64,000 bases of DNA. Origin: Macrostomum lignano. Taxonomy: Eukaryota. The notes below the pieces were generated by a model that searched no databases, was not told where the DNA came from, and saw only the letters and a list, made by a program, of their open reading frames with translations. Position 1 is the first letter of the stretch; every line of letters begins with the position of its first letter. Location: NCBI GenBank assembly GCA_002269645.1, contig NIVC01000831.1:157554-221553 (forward strand), in the 5' to 3' direction. The position numbers were made by a program, and so were the translations under genes. Of the stretch, positions 26,781 through 41,055 are shown piece by piece.

Positions 26781-28539
26781 AGACACAGACCTTGACCGGG
26801 CCGGATTGCTATTGTGAAGTCTGAAAGTACCCTACAGCCGAATAGAGAGCCTTTGCGGGCCCTAGATTAAATGTAGAGTCCTATTAAGGAATAATTTGGT
26901 TGGTAGGTAGGTTGATAGTTTGGATAGATAGGTAAGAAGATATATAGGTAGTCAGTTAGAGAGGTAGATAGGTTTGGACGGTAGGTTATCACCAGTTTGG
27001 GAGAATAGATGTGTGAAAACTCAGTTCGGTCAGCAATTAGGATACATTTTGATTTTATACTATTTATTACCGTACTAGCAATCGTACTTGTGCAGAGGTT
27101 GCACAAGCTGGACTAGAATTCGGTCAACTCTTGGGTATTCTATTAGCTTAAATTTATGTTAATAATTGTCATGGGCTTCAGCGAAGGAAGAAGCGAGTGA
27201 GCTTAGTCTTCAGAGAGAAATGTTGTAGAAAACTCTGAACCGTTCTGTTAAATGCGAAAGTGCGCTTGACGTACGTTGGAGCGTGTGTTATATGTACTTT
27301 TAAACTTAATGGCCATGCGTCCAGTTCGTGAACCGGTAGGGAACGGGTATAGTTTTTAGTAAGAGCTATTAGTATAGTAAAAGTACGCAAGTACAAGCGC
27401 ATGGATGTATTTTGCACTTAGTAGTGCGTGCGTGAAATAAGGTTGAATAAATAGATTTGTATTGTAATAGAGCTCTCATTGTCAATGGACTAGCGGCTGC
27501 CCCCCCCCGCTACCGCCATGGTGGTGATGCTCATAATCATAAGGACTAGCAAAGGCCCTCCTCCGATAATACCGATCTGGTAACACATAAAAGTACAATG
27601 CACATAGACTAAGGGACTCGTATGTGTACTTTTCATTTTAATGCAGTCATGCGTTCATTTCGTGAACGGCTATAGGGAACAGGCAACTATATTACCATAT
27701 TACGAGTAGTAGATTTAGCAGAACCTACTGATAAAAGTACACGAGTAAAGGAGGCGCAACTTCGTACACTCGTTGGTTAGCACTTAGTACAGTTGCGCGT
27801 GTGGGTAGGGTAGGTATACGTGAATCAATCAATATATTATTAAAACCGTGGTTATACGCGTAGTTTGTTTAGCACGTACAAGGCAGGAATTATTGAGTGT
27901 ATTTGCGTATCGCTCTAGTGTAGGACCTTCACAGACCCTATCTTCTGTCTTCCACCCAAACTTTGCCTTGCAGCAGGTAACAGTTTAGCTATATCTATCT
28001 ATCTGTACGAGCTCACGGCACTTTCTATAATCGCTCAAATGAAAGCTTTTTGACTTTTTTGTTGCATTGATTCAACCTATTCAAACCCCATAAAGCCAAA
28101 AGCCCTATTTGTAACACCATAACCTGTCAGCGCAAAAGCAAAGCAAGCGTGGGCACACGCCATGGCCGTATCCCCGCCCGATCGGATGGGAATTAGTTAT
28201 TTTTCTGGTTGGACTGCTGCGGTTGGGAATAGGGGCCGATTCAGCTGAGCTAAAGCTGCAGGGTGTGGTGTGCGGTACAAAGAATCGTCTTTCTCACTAT
28301 AAACTTGCTAAGTTTGAACGGCCTTGCGGCCTTGTTAGTTAGTTAGGAAGGAAAATGGAGGGACAAGTCAGGGCAAAGAAGGGTTGAGGAACTGGCGAAT
28401 CGGGCTTAGGGAAAGAGAGCTAGCCTGCCTGCCCTGACTTAGCCCTCTCCTTCCTCACTTCCTGAAGCAGCGGGAACACTTGCGCGCTAGAGAGAGAATG
28501 ATAGCCTTAAAAGCCCCCTCCCTTCCTTACCCAGCTGAA

Positions 28540-29100
28540 AACCCACGTGACAAGCACGCGGAGGAGGGTGGGGTGGGTGGGTGCGCGCATAACTCTCTGC
28601 GTATACTTGCGGTCGCGCTGGGCTGGGAAAGCTGCTTGCAATGTACGCGTGCCGTTTCGTGTACGACGGGGTAGTGGGGTAAATGCTGAAACAGGAAAAT
28701 AGGGGGGTGGGGGAACTTGTTCTATTCAAGTTCTATCAAACTGTACAGGACAATTCGACCGCATTGACCCTTGATGTTCATTGGACAGCCCATGCTCTGG
28801 TTCAGCCCATCCATTCGTTATGTTTAGAGTAAATGCGTCACGTGAGCCATATCGGGCGTCTTTTTATGACCATTCTACTCCGCCGCTTTCCATTCGCCCT
28901 ACACCTCCCTTCACCCGGGCGTTCATTGATCCGGCCTTGAAAATCATATGATTTAAAGCGTACTCTGCGCGCACCCTCTAGTTTAGAAGCTATTTTTAGC
29001 TACAAGGAAATCCATTACGCCTGGCCAATTGGCCTCGCTCACAATCCGCGCCTATATAAAACCTGCCTGCCGAGCGCAAAATGACGCCTCATCTCGCTGC
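28540..29100 (+). promoter_or_regulatory. MXD-like gene promoter (TATA, CCAAT, E-boxes)
   Basis: TATATAAA at 29053-29060, ggCCAATtggcc at ~29022-29033, CACGTG at 28544-28549 and 28839-28844, CACGCG at 28555-28560, all upstream of the ATG at 29246. Confidence 0.65.
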
Positions 29101-29245
29101 CCGGTTCAGCATATGCGCCGCCGCTTCCCTCTCTCGCCTGCATTCCTTGAATTATTTCCGGCTAAAAAACTCCGAAGTTGTGTAAGCCAGTTTAGATTGC
29201 TATCAGTAACAAAATAGAGAAAGCAACAAAAAACTACGCAACGCA

Positions 29246-29384
29246 ATGCACCGGAAGCGACTGAGCAGCAGTACCAGCAGCAACGGCAGCGGCAACGGCC
29301 TAGTAATGCTCTACGAGGCTGCCATGCTAATAGAGCAGCAGAATGTTCGAGTGCCAATTCCAAAACCGGCATTTCCGCCTGCTA
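29246..29384 (+). CDS. MXD1: MXD/MAD/MXI1-like Max-binding repressor, exon 1 (Sin3-interaction domain)
   Basis: ATG at 29246. GLVMLYEAAMLIEQQ resembles the SID (IQMLLEAADYLE). Donor GCT A|gtaagt. The symbol is family-level; the paralog cannot be resolved. Confidence 0.8.
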
Positions 29385-29626
29385 GTAAGTTTTAGTAGAA
29401 CTCGCGCACTCATAATAGTCACATGGACTAGCCACCGCCCACCCCCCACAGGGTCATGCTTATAGTCATATGGACTAGCGGCTCTCTATGGGGTCATGCT
29501 CATATAGTAATTTGAATTCGAGGCCGCCCTCATATGGTGGTCATGCTCATAGTCATTGAGTCTAGCGGCTGCCCCTCTCTTACAGTAGTCTTACTCATGC
29601 TCAAAAGTCTCTGCTTGCATTAACAG

Positions 29627-29954
29627 CCAGTTTGGCCAAGCCCCTGCTAGCAGCCGCACACAGTCGCAGCCGTTCAGTCAGCAACGGATCATTGGCGCTC
29701 TCATCGACAAGCTTCAATCAGCCGCAGACGGCATTCCGCGTGCCAGTTGGGTCTTCGGCTGCATCAACTCGAGTGCGCGTGGAGCCCACGGGGCATGGCG
29801 GCTACCAAGTGGTCGGGGCCTACCTGCCGCAGCAGCAGCAGCTGGCCACTACTATTCACAATGGTGTCCCTGTCACTTCCGGTAAACGGAGCGCTTCGGG
29901 GGCGAACTCCTCTGCTAACAGTCGGACGTCGCACAACGAGTTGGAGAAGAACAG
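29627..29954 (+). CDS. MXD1: MXD-like, exon 2 (basic region start)
   Basis: taacag|CC acceptor in phase 1. Ends SRTSHNELEKNR with donor AG|gtggg, matching MXD SRSTHNEMEKNR. Confidence 0.88.
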
Positions 29955-30885
29955 GTGGGCGTCTGTTAATTTCTGATTGGTTCAGTTTGATTGGCACCTT
30001 CTTAGTGCCAATTGAAAGGAGATATAAACTGTGTCAGATCCATGCTCATATCTTGTTGGAATTATGAATTATTAGCTTTTTGGGAATGCCTCAAGGTAGA
30101 AACCGGAAGAACGATATTATACGGTTCATAGGATCAATAATTACCTAAAAGTACAAAGGATCGACAGTACCATAAATCACGTAGGATCAATATCCTAAGG
30201 TACAAAGAATCGATACATATATATATATTCCAAAGTACATAGGAGCATTAATATCAGAACGGCTCAGTCATCTTCCTGAACACAGACACGCGCCTACTTG
30301 AACTTACGAAAACCGAGTGAATCACCTTATTTGGTATTCAGCCTAATAATAGTAGTTGTGTCGCGCAATGCAAGTCCCACGCTACAGCAAGTTAGTAACA
30401 TCTTATTGTATAAGTGAGTATGTTACCCCATCGTAGCTCGTACGCCCACGTCAGGCTGCAGACTGTACAGTGTACCTATACGCATAATATAAGCCTAGTA
30501 GATATGCATATTAGTCAGCCAGTTTGTGCCATATTTTATAAGGCTGTACATTCTTGTTTTTGCAGGGGTCACATTGGGTGGGGCGCAGCAAAGTTTGTGA
30601 CGCGAAGTGGAGAACATTTCTTCTGTGTTTTATTATGCTTCTCAAATCTTTTTTCTGTAGTTCTCAGTTGAGAACTTAATTTCTGCCAGGGTGGCCTTAT
30701 AGGCTCTGGTCAGAGTGAACCCTGGAGCAGGTTATAAAACTCAAGATACTGCTTGTGGGGCCCGCGACACTGGGTTACCTTTACCTACACCTTACTTAGG
30801 GGTTAGGTACGAGCTATCCACCCAGATTGTCCACCTACCTCTATTAAGAGGCGGGACAGCGGACAGTATGCTTGAAAATAAAAGA

Positions 30886-31608
30886 CAGACATTGAACTAG
30901 TCAGACATTGAACTAGTCAGACATTGAACTAGTCAGACATTGAACTAGTCAGACACTGAACTAGTCAGACATTGAACTAGTCAGACATTGAACTAGTCAG
31001 ACATTGAACTAGTCAGACATTGAACTAGTCAGACATTGAACTAGTCAGACACTGAACTAGTCAGACATTGAACTAGTCAGACATTGAACTAGTCAGACAT
31101 TGAAATAGTCAGACACTGAACTAGTCAGACACTGAACTAGTCAGACACTGAACTAGTCAGACACTGAACTAGTCAGACACTGAACTAGTCAGACACTGAA
31201 CTAGTCAGACACTGAACTAGTCAGACATTGAACTAGTCAGACACTGAACTAGTCAGACACTGAACTAGTCAGATATTAAACTAGTCAGACATTGAACTAG
31301 TCAGACACTGAACTAGTCAGACACTGAACTAGTCAGACATTGAACTAGTCAGACACTGAACTAGTCAGACACTGAACTAGTCAGACACTGAACTAGTCAG
31401 ACATTGAACTAGTCAGACACTGAACTAGTCAGACACTGAACTAGTCAGATATTAAACTAGTCAGACATTGAACTAGTCAGACATTAAACTAGTCAGACAT
31501 TGAAATAGTCAGACACTGAACTAGTCAGACACTGAACTAGTCAGACATTGAACTAGTCAGACATTGAAATAGTCAGACACTGAACTAGTCAGATACTGAA
31601 ATAATCAG
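30886..31608. repeat. 16-bp minisatellite (tcagacattgaactag)
   Basis: Homogeneous tandem array in MXD intron 2. Confidence 0.95.
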
Positions 31609-31877
31609 ATCTTCATAAATGACACATCAAGCTGACCAAATCCTAACTACTTCAGTACTATTTTCGTTTGGAAGAAAGAGACAACTGCTCGAATTTACAT
31701 GTATCAGAGGATAGATCCTCAATCTTATCCCCTTTCTCGTTATCCTCTTCTCAGTGGGCTAATGAATTTACATTCGTTGGGTAGATGCGAATAAAGAACT
31801 CAAGGGCACGACCAGAAATGAGCTGTAATGCGCATCGAAAATATGCGGCTGGAGGACAGGCCCTCGTTGATAAACAT

Positions 31878-33308
31878 TGGATAGGGTGAGATAGACACTG
31901 GATGGGGTGAGATAGACACTGGATGGGGTGAGAAAGACACTGGATGGGGTGAGATAGACACTGGATGGGGTGAGATAGACACTGGATGGGGTGAGATAGA
32001 CACTGGATGGGTGAGATAGACACTGGATGGGTGAGATAGACACTGGATGGGTGAAATAGACAATGGATCGGTGAGATAGACACTGGATGGGTGAGATTGA
32101 TATTGGATGGGGTGAGATAGACACTGGATCGGTGAGATAGACACTGGATGGGTGAGATTGATATTGGATGGGGTGATATAGATACTAGATGGGTGAGATA
32201 GACACTGGATGAGTGAGATAGATACTAGATGGGGTGAGATAGATACTAGATGGGTGAGATAGACACTGGATGAGTGAGATAGACACCGGATGGGGTGAGA
32301 TAGACACTGGATGGGGTGAGATAGACACTGGATGGGTGAGATAGACACTGGATGGGTGAGATTGATATTGGATGGGGTGATATAGATACTAGATGGGTGA
32401 GATAGACACTGGATGAGTGAGATAGACACCGGATGGGTGAGATAGACACTGGATGGGTGAGATAGACACTGGATGGGTGAGATAGACAATGGATCGGTGA
32501 GATAGACACTGGATGGGTGAGATTGATATTGGATGGGGTGAGATAGACAATGGATGGGTGAGATAGACACTGGATGGGTGAGATAGACAATGGATCGGTG
32601 AGATAGACACTGGATGGGTGAGATTGATATTGGATGGGGTGAGATAGACACTGGATGGGTGAGATAGACACTGGATGGGTGAGATAGATATTGGATGGGG
32701 TGAGATAGACACTGGATGGGTGAGATAGACACTGGATGGGTGAGATAGACAATGGATCGGTGAGATAGACACTGGATGGGTGAGATTGATATTGGATGGG
32801 GTGAGATACACACTGGATGGGTGAGATAGACACTGGATCGGTGAGATAGACACTGGATGGGTGAGATAGACACTGGATGGGTGAGATAGATACTGGATGG
32901 GGTGAGATAGACACTGGATGGGGTGAGATAGACACTGGATGGGTGAGATAGACACTGGATGGGTGAGATTGATATTGGATGGGGTGAGATAGACACTGGA
33001 TGGGTGAGATAGACACTGGATGGGTGAGATAGACAATGGATCGGTGAGATAGACACTGGATGAGTGAGATAGACACCGGATGGGGTGAGATAGACACTGG
33101 ATCGGTGAGATAGACACTGGATGGGTGAGATAGACACTGGATCGGTGAGATAGACACTGGATGGGTGAGATAGATAATGGATGGTGTGAGATAGACACTG
33201 GATGGGGTGAGATAGACACTGGATGGGGTGAGATAGACACTGGATGGGGTGAGATAGACACTGGATGGGGTGAGATAGACACTGGATGGGGTGAGATAGA
33301 CTCTGGAT
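31878..33308 (+). repeat. 20/21-bp minisatellite family S (gagatagacactggatggggt), array 1
   Basis: Tandem array in MXD intron 2. Confidence 0.95.
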
Positions 33309-33847
33309 ACGGTGAGGTAAACACTGAATGAAGCGACATTGCTTAATTGCGATTTCCTTTTTGCTTTGATGAGTCTTGACAACAAAGAGATTTGCCTTTT
33401 GCACGTGATTTGAATAGTTATCAGAATTAAATATCTTAGATTAAATCCAGGCACGATGACATGAATAACAGGCACTCATCTATTGAGAAAGCAGCTTTTA
33501 ATTGGGTTTTAAAGGGGGATTTCTGAGCCATTGAAGATTTTCTAAGATCTTCACGTTTACCTCCTTCCTACTCCTTTGTTCCCGCTGCCCCACTAGCAGC
33601 TTCCACCAGTCAGTCCATAACGAGGCCAATCAATGTCGAAAGCTCTCCCCCCTTACTGCTCCCTCTCTGGCAAACATCTCGGTATGGAGAAAACTACCCA
33701 TCTTCTTTTGCTGCTTTCTGCTTCGCCCTCCTCCACATCCGTAGCTGCCCAACTGAGTTCTTCTTCAATGAATTCTGCACTTTTCTGCCCCAACTGGCCG
33801 ATGCGGCCTGCCGTTCGCCTCTCATCTGTCTTTGCTTTCATTCACAG

Positions 33848-33965
33848 ACGGGCGCATCTGCGGCAGTGCCTGGACATCCTACGGGACCAGCTGCCTCTGG
33901 GACAGAGCGAGGCCACCAGACTGACCATGCTGAGTGTGCTGACCAAGTCTCATGCCTATCTGAAG
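33848..33965 (+). CDS. MXD1: MXD-like, exon 3 (HLH)
   Basis: ttcacag|A acceptor in phase 2. RAHLRQCLDILRDQLPLG...TMLSVLTKSHAYLK, donor AAG|gtgag. Confidence 0.92.
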
Positions 33966-33999
33966 GTGAGTCTGCTCACTGTTTGAGTCAAGTACACCC

Positions 34000-34545
34000 C
34001 CTAGCCAGCTTCTCAGTTGCAGGGCCAGCCTCCCAGATCCCCAGTTGCTGGGCGACCAGCCTCCCAGATCCTCAGTTGCTTGGTCAGCCTCCCGGATCCT
34101 CAGTTGCTGGGCCACCAGCCTCCCAGATCCTCAGTTGCTGGGTCAGCAGCCTCCCAGATCCTCAGTTGCTGGGCCAGCCTCCCAGATCCTCAGTTGCTGG
34201 GCCACCAGCCTCCCAGATCCTCAGTTGCTGGGTCAGCCTCCCAGATCCTCAGTTGCTGGGCCAGCCTCCCAGATCCTCAGTTGCTGGGCCAGCCTCCCAG
34301 ATCCTCAGTTGCTGGGTCAGCCTCCCAGATCCTCAGTTGCTGGGCCAGCCTCACAGATCCCCAGTTGCTGGGCAAGCCTCCCAGATCCTCAGTTGCTGGG
34401 CCACCAGCCTCCCAGATCCCCAGTTGCTGGACCACCAGCCTCCCAGATCCCCAGTTGCTAGGCCACCAGCCTCCCAGATCCCAGTTGCTGGGCCAGTCTC
34501 CCAGATCCTCAGTTGCTGGGCCAGTCTCCAGGATCCTCGGTTGCT
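34000..34545. repeat. ~28-32-bp minisatellite (ccagcctcccagatcctcagttgctggg)
   Basis: Tandem array in MXD intron 3; same family as 12410-12675. Confidence 0.92.
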
Positions 34546-35338
34546 CTAGGGTGACCCTCTAAACCCCAGGTCAGCCCCCCCCTCAAATCCTCACTCTGCC
34601 CCTATCAATTCGCAGCGCTTCGGACCCTCACACTCGCGGCAGTTGTCTTTCAGCGCAGCAGGAAATCTTTCCGCCTGCTTCTCGCCCCCCACCCCATTTT
34701 TTCCCGAGAGCGGTTGGCTCCGTCAATTTCCTTAGCTCAAAAATGCAATTACTCGGCCTGTGAGGCGGCCGTTCCGACGGCGGCGCGGTGGACTGAAAAG
34801 AAAAAAGAGAGTCGAGAGGAGCGGAAGAGAGGAACTGAGGGAAAGGTGGTTTTTCGGATCGGCGATGCAGCATCGGTTGCCTTGTAAAAAATAAGCCTGC
34901 AAGCACCGAAGGCTCCCGGGTTAATTAACAGCTTCTCCCAACCAGGTGTCAACATGACCTGGCCGGGAGAGAAGGGCAGAAACTCAACGGTTAGCCCACC
35001 TGGGTCTCACTGCAGCCTACAGAAGTCTCTCGTGTTCTGTCGCTTCTATAAAGAAATAAAAAATTCGATTTTGTGTATCGATTACTGCGATCCGACAGAA
35101 TAGGATGGCTACTCCGACTTTAGTCTTGTCGAGAGCGGAACTTGCTCAGACCTGGCTAGGTATCAGCTGTAGGACATGCGGCCCAGGGGTTTGATGCTTG
35201 CGCATTATTGTTGTGACCCCACTTGCAAGATGTACTTAGTGCGAAACAATTCCAGAAATTATCGAATTGGAGAGATAATGGGAGATGGACGCCTTGAAAG
35301 AGATTGGGAGACAAATAGAAAAACCAGCAGTCAGTGAT

Positions 35339-36032
<694 letters not shown>

Positions 36033-36057
36033 GCCCCTCCATCTCCAGTATCTGCAG

Positions 36058-36412
36058 TCTCTGGACTCTCGTCAGAAGAGTCGCCTTCTAACGCAGCAGC
36101 GCCGACACAGGGAGCTGCTGCACCGACGAGAGCAGCTCAAACGGACTTTGCGAATTCTTAGAAAGCGACTGGCGAACTCCAGTGGCCAGCAGCAACAGCA
36201 GCAGCAGCAGCAGCAGCAAAAGTCCAACAGCTCAGCCGTAGTGGCTCCTTCCCAGCTGAGCAGGAATCGCCGACCAGCTTCCCAGCGTCAGCAGCAGATC
36301 TCGTTTTCTGTGACTGGTTCGGCGGCTGCCCCAACGGCCAGGAAAGTCGCAGCCACTCAGCAGTGGCGCTGCAGGACCGCCTCTGAGATCTCAGCTGTCT
36401 CTGTTAGCTCGG
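36058..36412 (+). CDS. MXD1: MXD-like, exon 4 (leucine zipper, poly-Q)
   Basis: tctgcag|TCT acceptor (an alternative in-frame AG at 36047-36048 would add YLQ). SLDSRQK...[20 protein letters not shown]...[15 protein letters not shown], donor G|gtgagt. Confidence 0.8.
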
Positions 36413-36482
36413 GTGAGTTGAGAACTGCTTCTGCCAATGTGCTGACTGTGTCCGTCCATGGGCTTATTGTGTCTGTATCGGC

Positions 36483-37240
36483 CCATCCAGTATCTATCTC
36501 ACCCCTTACAGTATCTATTTCACCCCATCCAGTGTCTATCTCACCCAATTCAGTATCTATCTCACCCCATCCAGTGTCTATCTCACCCAATTCAGTATCT
36601 ATCTCACCCAATCCAGTGTCTGTCTCGCCACATCCAGTATCTATCTCACCCCATCCAGCGTCTATCTCACCCATAAAGTGCCTATCTCACCCCATTCAGT
36701 GTCTATCTCACCCACAAAGTGTCTATCTCACCCCACAAAGTGTCTATCTCACCCCATCCAGTGTCTATCTCACCCCACAAAGTGTCTATCTCACCCCGTC
36801 CAGTGTCTATCTCACCCAATTCAGTATCTATCTCACCCAATCCAGTGTCTGTCTCGCCACATCCAGTATCTATCTCACCCCATCCAGCGTCTATCTCACC
36901 CCATAAAGTGCCTATCTCACCCCATTCAGTGTCTATCTCACCCCACAAAGTGTCTATCTCACCCCACAAAGTGTCTATCTCACCCCATCCAGTGTCTATC
37001 TCACCCCACAAAGTGTCTATCTCACCCGTCCAGTGTCTATCTCACCCCATCCAGAATCTATCTCACCCAATCCAGTATCTATCTCACCCCATCCAGTGTC
37101 TATCTCACTCCATCAGGTGTCCATCTCACCCAATCCAGTATCTATCTCACCCCATTCAATATCTATCTCACCCCACCCAGTATCTATCTAACCCCATCCA
37201 CTGTCTATCTCACCCATCCTGTATCTATCTCACCCCACTC
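36483..37240 (-). repeat. minisatellite family S, array 2 (inverted)
   Basis: Unit accccatccagtgtctatctc is the reverse complement of array 1. Confidence 0.93.
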
Positions 37241-37770
37241 CAGCCCTGCATTCTAAAGCAAGCAGACGCAGCTCTCACGTAGTTATACAATTGCAGCAAG
37301 CCACCAGCCATTTTAACTCTGACGGAATATTTCATGTTTCGTCAGTTCTAATTTTAGTCTGTAACCGATAGACAGACAGTGGGCCACACGCAAGTCTGGA
37401 AAGAAAGACGACAGAATTGTTTGTAGCGAAAGGTTTTGCTTGCAGTACAGTAAGCTGGCAGGACAGCGCAAGGAATTCACCACTGCGCTACGCTAGGCAG
37501 CAGTTCTCAGAATTTTTATGTTCGCGGACAAGTTTGAAAAGCAGAAAGCATAATCTTTTTTATGGCCTGGCACTTAGCTGGTACGTTTTGTAGACTGCAG
37601 ACCAGCGTGCTTTACTGTTCTTATAGTCTGCGCACTGGTAGTTTGAAGCGTGGCGTTAAATATTTTCAGCTGAATGCATTTATTTCATTTCATACCGAAT
37701 ACGAGTAGACACTGTATTTGGTGAAGAGTTATTGCTATGGAATGCAGCAGGCATAGCATGCGTACGCAAA

Positions 37771-38552
37771 TGGGGTGAGATAGACACTGAGTGGAGTGAG
37801 ATAGATACTGGATGGGGTGAGATAGACACTGGATGGGGTGAGATAGACACTTTGTGGGGTGAGATAGACACTTTGTGGGGTGAGATAGACACTGAATGGG
37901 GTGAGATAGGCACTTTATGGGGTGAGATAGACGCTGGATGGGGTGAGATAGATACTGGATGGGGTGAGATAGACACTGGATGGGGTGAGATAGACACTGG
38001 ATGGGGTGAGATAGATACTGGATGGGGTGAGATAGATACTGGATGGGGTGAGATAGATACTGGATGGGGTGAGATAGACACTGGATGGGGTGAGATAGAT
38101 ACTGGATGGGGTGAGATAGATACTGGATGGGGTGAGATAGATACTGGATGGGGTGAGATAGACACTGGATGGGGTGAGATAGATACTGGATGGGGTGAGA
38201 TAGATACTGGATGGGGTGAGATAGATACTGGATGGGGTGAGATAGACACTGGATGGGGTGAGATAGATACTGGATGGGGTGAGATAGATACTGGATGGGG
38301 TGAGATAGATACTGGATGGGGTGAGATAGACACTGGATGGGGTGAGATAGACACTGGATGGGGTGAGATAGATACTGGATGGGGTGAGATAGACACTTTG
38401 TGGGGTGAGATAGATACTGGATGGAGTGAGATAGATACTGGATGGGGTGAGATAGACACAAATGTGAGTGACACAGACACAAAGGAGGGTGAGATAGACA
38501 CAAAGGAGATTGAGATAGACACAAGGGTGGGTGAGATAGACACAAGGGTGGG
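37771..38552 (+). repeat. minisatellite family S, array 3
   Basis: Tandem gagatagacactggatggggt. Confidence 0.94.
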
Positions 38553-39035
38553 TGAGATAGACACAATAACTCCAAGATGCTGGATGGCTGAGTCAGAATT
38601 TCATCTGCAATCGCAGCCTCACTCATTCCTATAGAGACACAGCGGCAGAGAATGATTAGGCAACGAAATATTGGCAAATTATGGAGCACAGTTGTGCCAA
38701 CCCAGCCACTATAGCTGATCGCATTAACAGGCTTGATGGAGGGCGAGACGCTTTGACTGTACAGGGGACGCAGTGGAGGCTGCAAGTCGAGGTCGGGCTT
38801 CACTGAATCAATCACTGGTGGCCTTCGCTTCCTCTGGCAAGCTGCATTCCTGATTTGGAAAGGCGCGGGCGGCTACGGAGGCTGCGACTGCCGGGTTGGG
38901 CAGTCAATTAACTCTCCATTGTGCGGCTGTAGGCACTCTAGTAGCTTTTCCAGTGCTCAGTCTCTCCCCATCTCTCACTGTCTGTCTGTGCGGGACTTGA
39001 CAGCTCCTGATTCTGTGCCTGACCAAGCGAGAGCT

Positions 39036-39171
<136 letters not shown>

Positions 39172-39284
39172 CCCTTCTCACTGCTAGAGAAGGGTACGCT
39201 CGTTTGTACAATTCACGTGCTATGCTGCTCTGGCTGACTGTTATGGTAGTTGAGTACATTTTTAGGATGAGATGTTGAGAGGGA

Positions 39285-39612
39285 GGGAGAAGAATGAGAG
39301 AAGAGGAAGAAAGGGAGAGAGGGAAAGATGGAGAGGGGGAAAGGAGAGGTAGAGAAGAAGAGGGAGAGAGGGAGAGGAGAGGAGAGGAGAGGAGAGGAGA
39401 GGAGAGTGAGAGGAGAGGAGAGGAGAGGAGAGGAGAGGAGAGTTAGAGGAGAGGAGAGGAGAGGAGAGTGAGAGGAGAGGAGAGGAGAGGGGAGGAGAGG
39501 AGAGGAGAGGAGAGGAGAGGAGAGGGAGAGAGGAGAGGGAGAGGAGAGGGAGAGAGGGAGAGGAGAGGAGAGGGGAGGAGAGGAGAGGGAGAGGAGAGGA
39601 GAGGGATAGAGT
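39285..39612. repeat. (GGAGA)n purine-rich tract
   Basis: Direct inspection. Confidence 0.88.
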
Positions 39613-40345
39613 GAACAAGCCAGTTCAGTCAAGCTAGAAGCAACTGCAAACTCATGCCTGAGCTACATTGTAAAATTAAAATTTTGCACAATTTCAAAGC
39701 CCCACAAAGGAAATCCAATCGGCCAGGATCTAAATTCTATTTTCTTCCATCTGCAAATAGCTGCGGGATTTGGTAACAAGGGCCTGAGGATCAAAGCAAG
39801 GGAATAAATCCTCTTTCTAATCCCCAATGGGCCTTGTTCCCCTTTTCCAACAGCGTTTCATTTGGGGCAGCACTGAGTGGGCTTTGAAAAACAGCTGAGG
39901 TATTATTTTACCCCAAGCTAAACCAGAACTTTACCCGCGTTGCCAGCTAAGCGCGAGGAGACCTGTTGTTGTCTCCTGTCCCGAGAATCCCAACCTTGCT
40001 ATTAATCCCGTCCACGTGACTGGCTTCTTTTTGGGTAATGTATTGCTAGTAGAAAAACCTAATTGCGGGTTTGCATAGCCGACTTGCGAGACTGCCTCTG
40101 CAGCTATTCTTTTTTCTTGCTCTAAGCGATCGGGCAGGATTTCGGCAAACGGAGTTGCCAGATTAACAATGGCTTGAGAGCTTTGCTATCGATTCAGTGA
40201 CAGGATTGTAGAGTGCCGTCTGCTGTTGCCATTGTGGACTGCAGTTCAGGGCCCAGCAACAGAGATTGAGATACTGAGAGATAAGAGGCCTCGGAAGGAG
40301 TTTTAGAGGGACTATGAAAAGGGGAAAGAAAGAGGTAAAAACAGT

Positions 40346-41055
40346 ATGGTGAGATGGAAACTTAGTGGGGTGAGATAGACACTGGATGGGGTGAGATAGA
40401 AACTTAGTGGGGTGAGATAGACACTGGATGGGGTGAGATAGAAACTTAGTGGGGTGAGATAGACACTGGATGGGGTGAGATAGACACTTAGTGGGGTGAG
40501 ATAGACACTTAGTGGGGTGAGAGACACTTAGTGGGGTGAGATAGACACTGGATGGGGTGAGATAGACACTGGATGGGGTGAGATAGATACTGGATGGGGT
40601 GAGATAGATACTGGATGGGGTGAGATAGATACTGGATGGGGTGAGATAGATACTGGATGGGGTGAGATAGAAACTTAGTGGGGTGAGATAGACACTGGAT
40701 GGGGTGAGATAGACACCGGATGGGGTGAGATAGACACTTAGTGGGGTGAGATAGACACTTAGTGGGGTGAGATAGACACTGGATGGGGTGAGATAGACAC
40801 TGGATGGGGTGAGATAGACACTTAGTGGGGTGAGAGACACTTAGTGGGGTGAGATAGACACTTAGTGGGGTGAGAGACACTTAGTGGGGTGAGATAGACA
40901 CTGGATGGGGTGAGATAGACACTGGATGGGGTGAGATAGACACTGGATGGGGTGAGATAGATACTGGATGGGGTGAGATAGATACTGGATGGGGTGAGAT
41001 AGATACTGGATGGGGTGAGATAGAAACTTAGTGGGGTGAGATAGACACTGGATGG
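40346..41055 (+). repeat. minisatellite family S, array 4
   Basis: Same unit with cttagtgggg variants. Confidence 0.93.
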
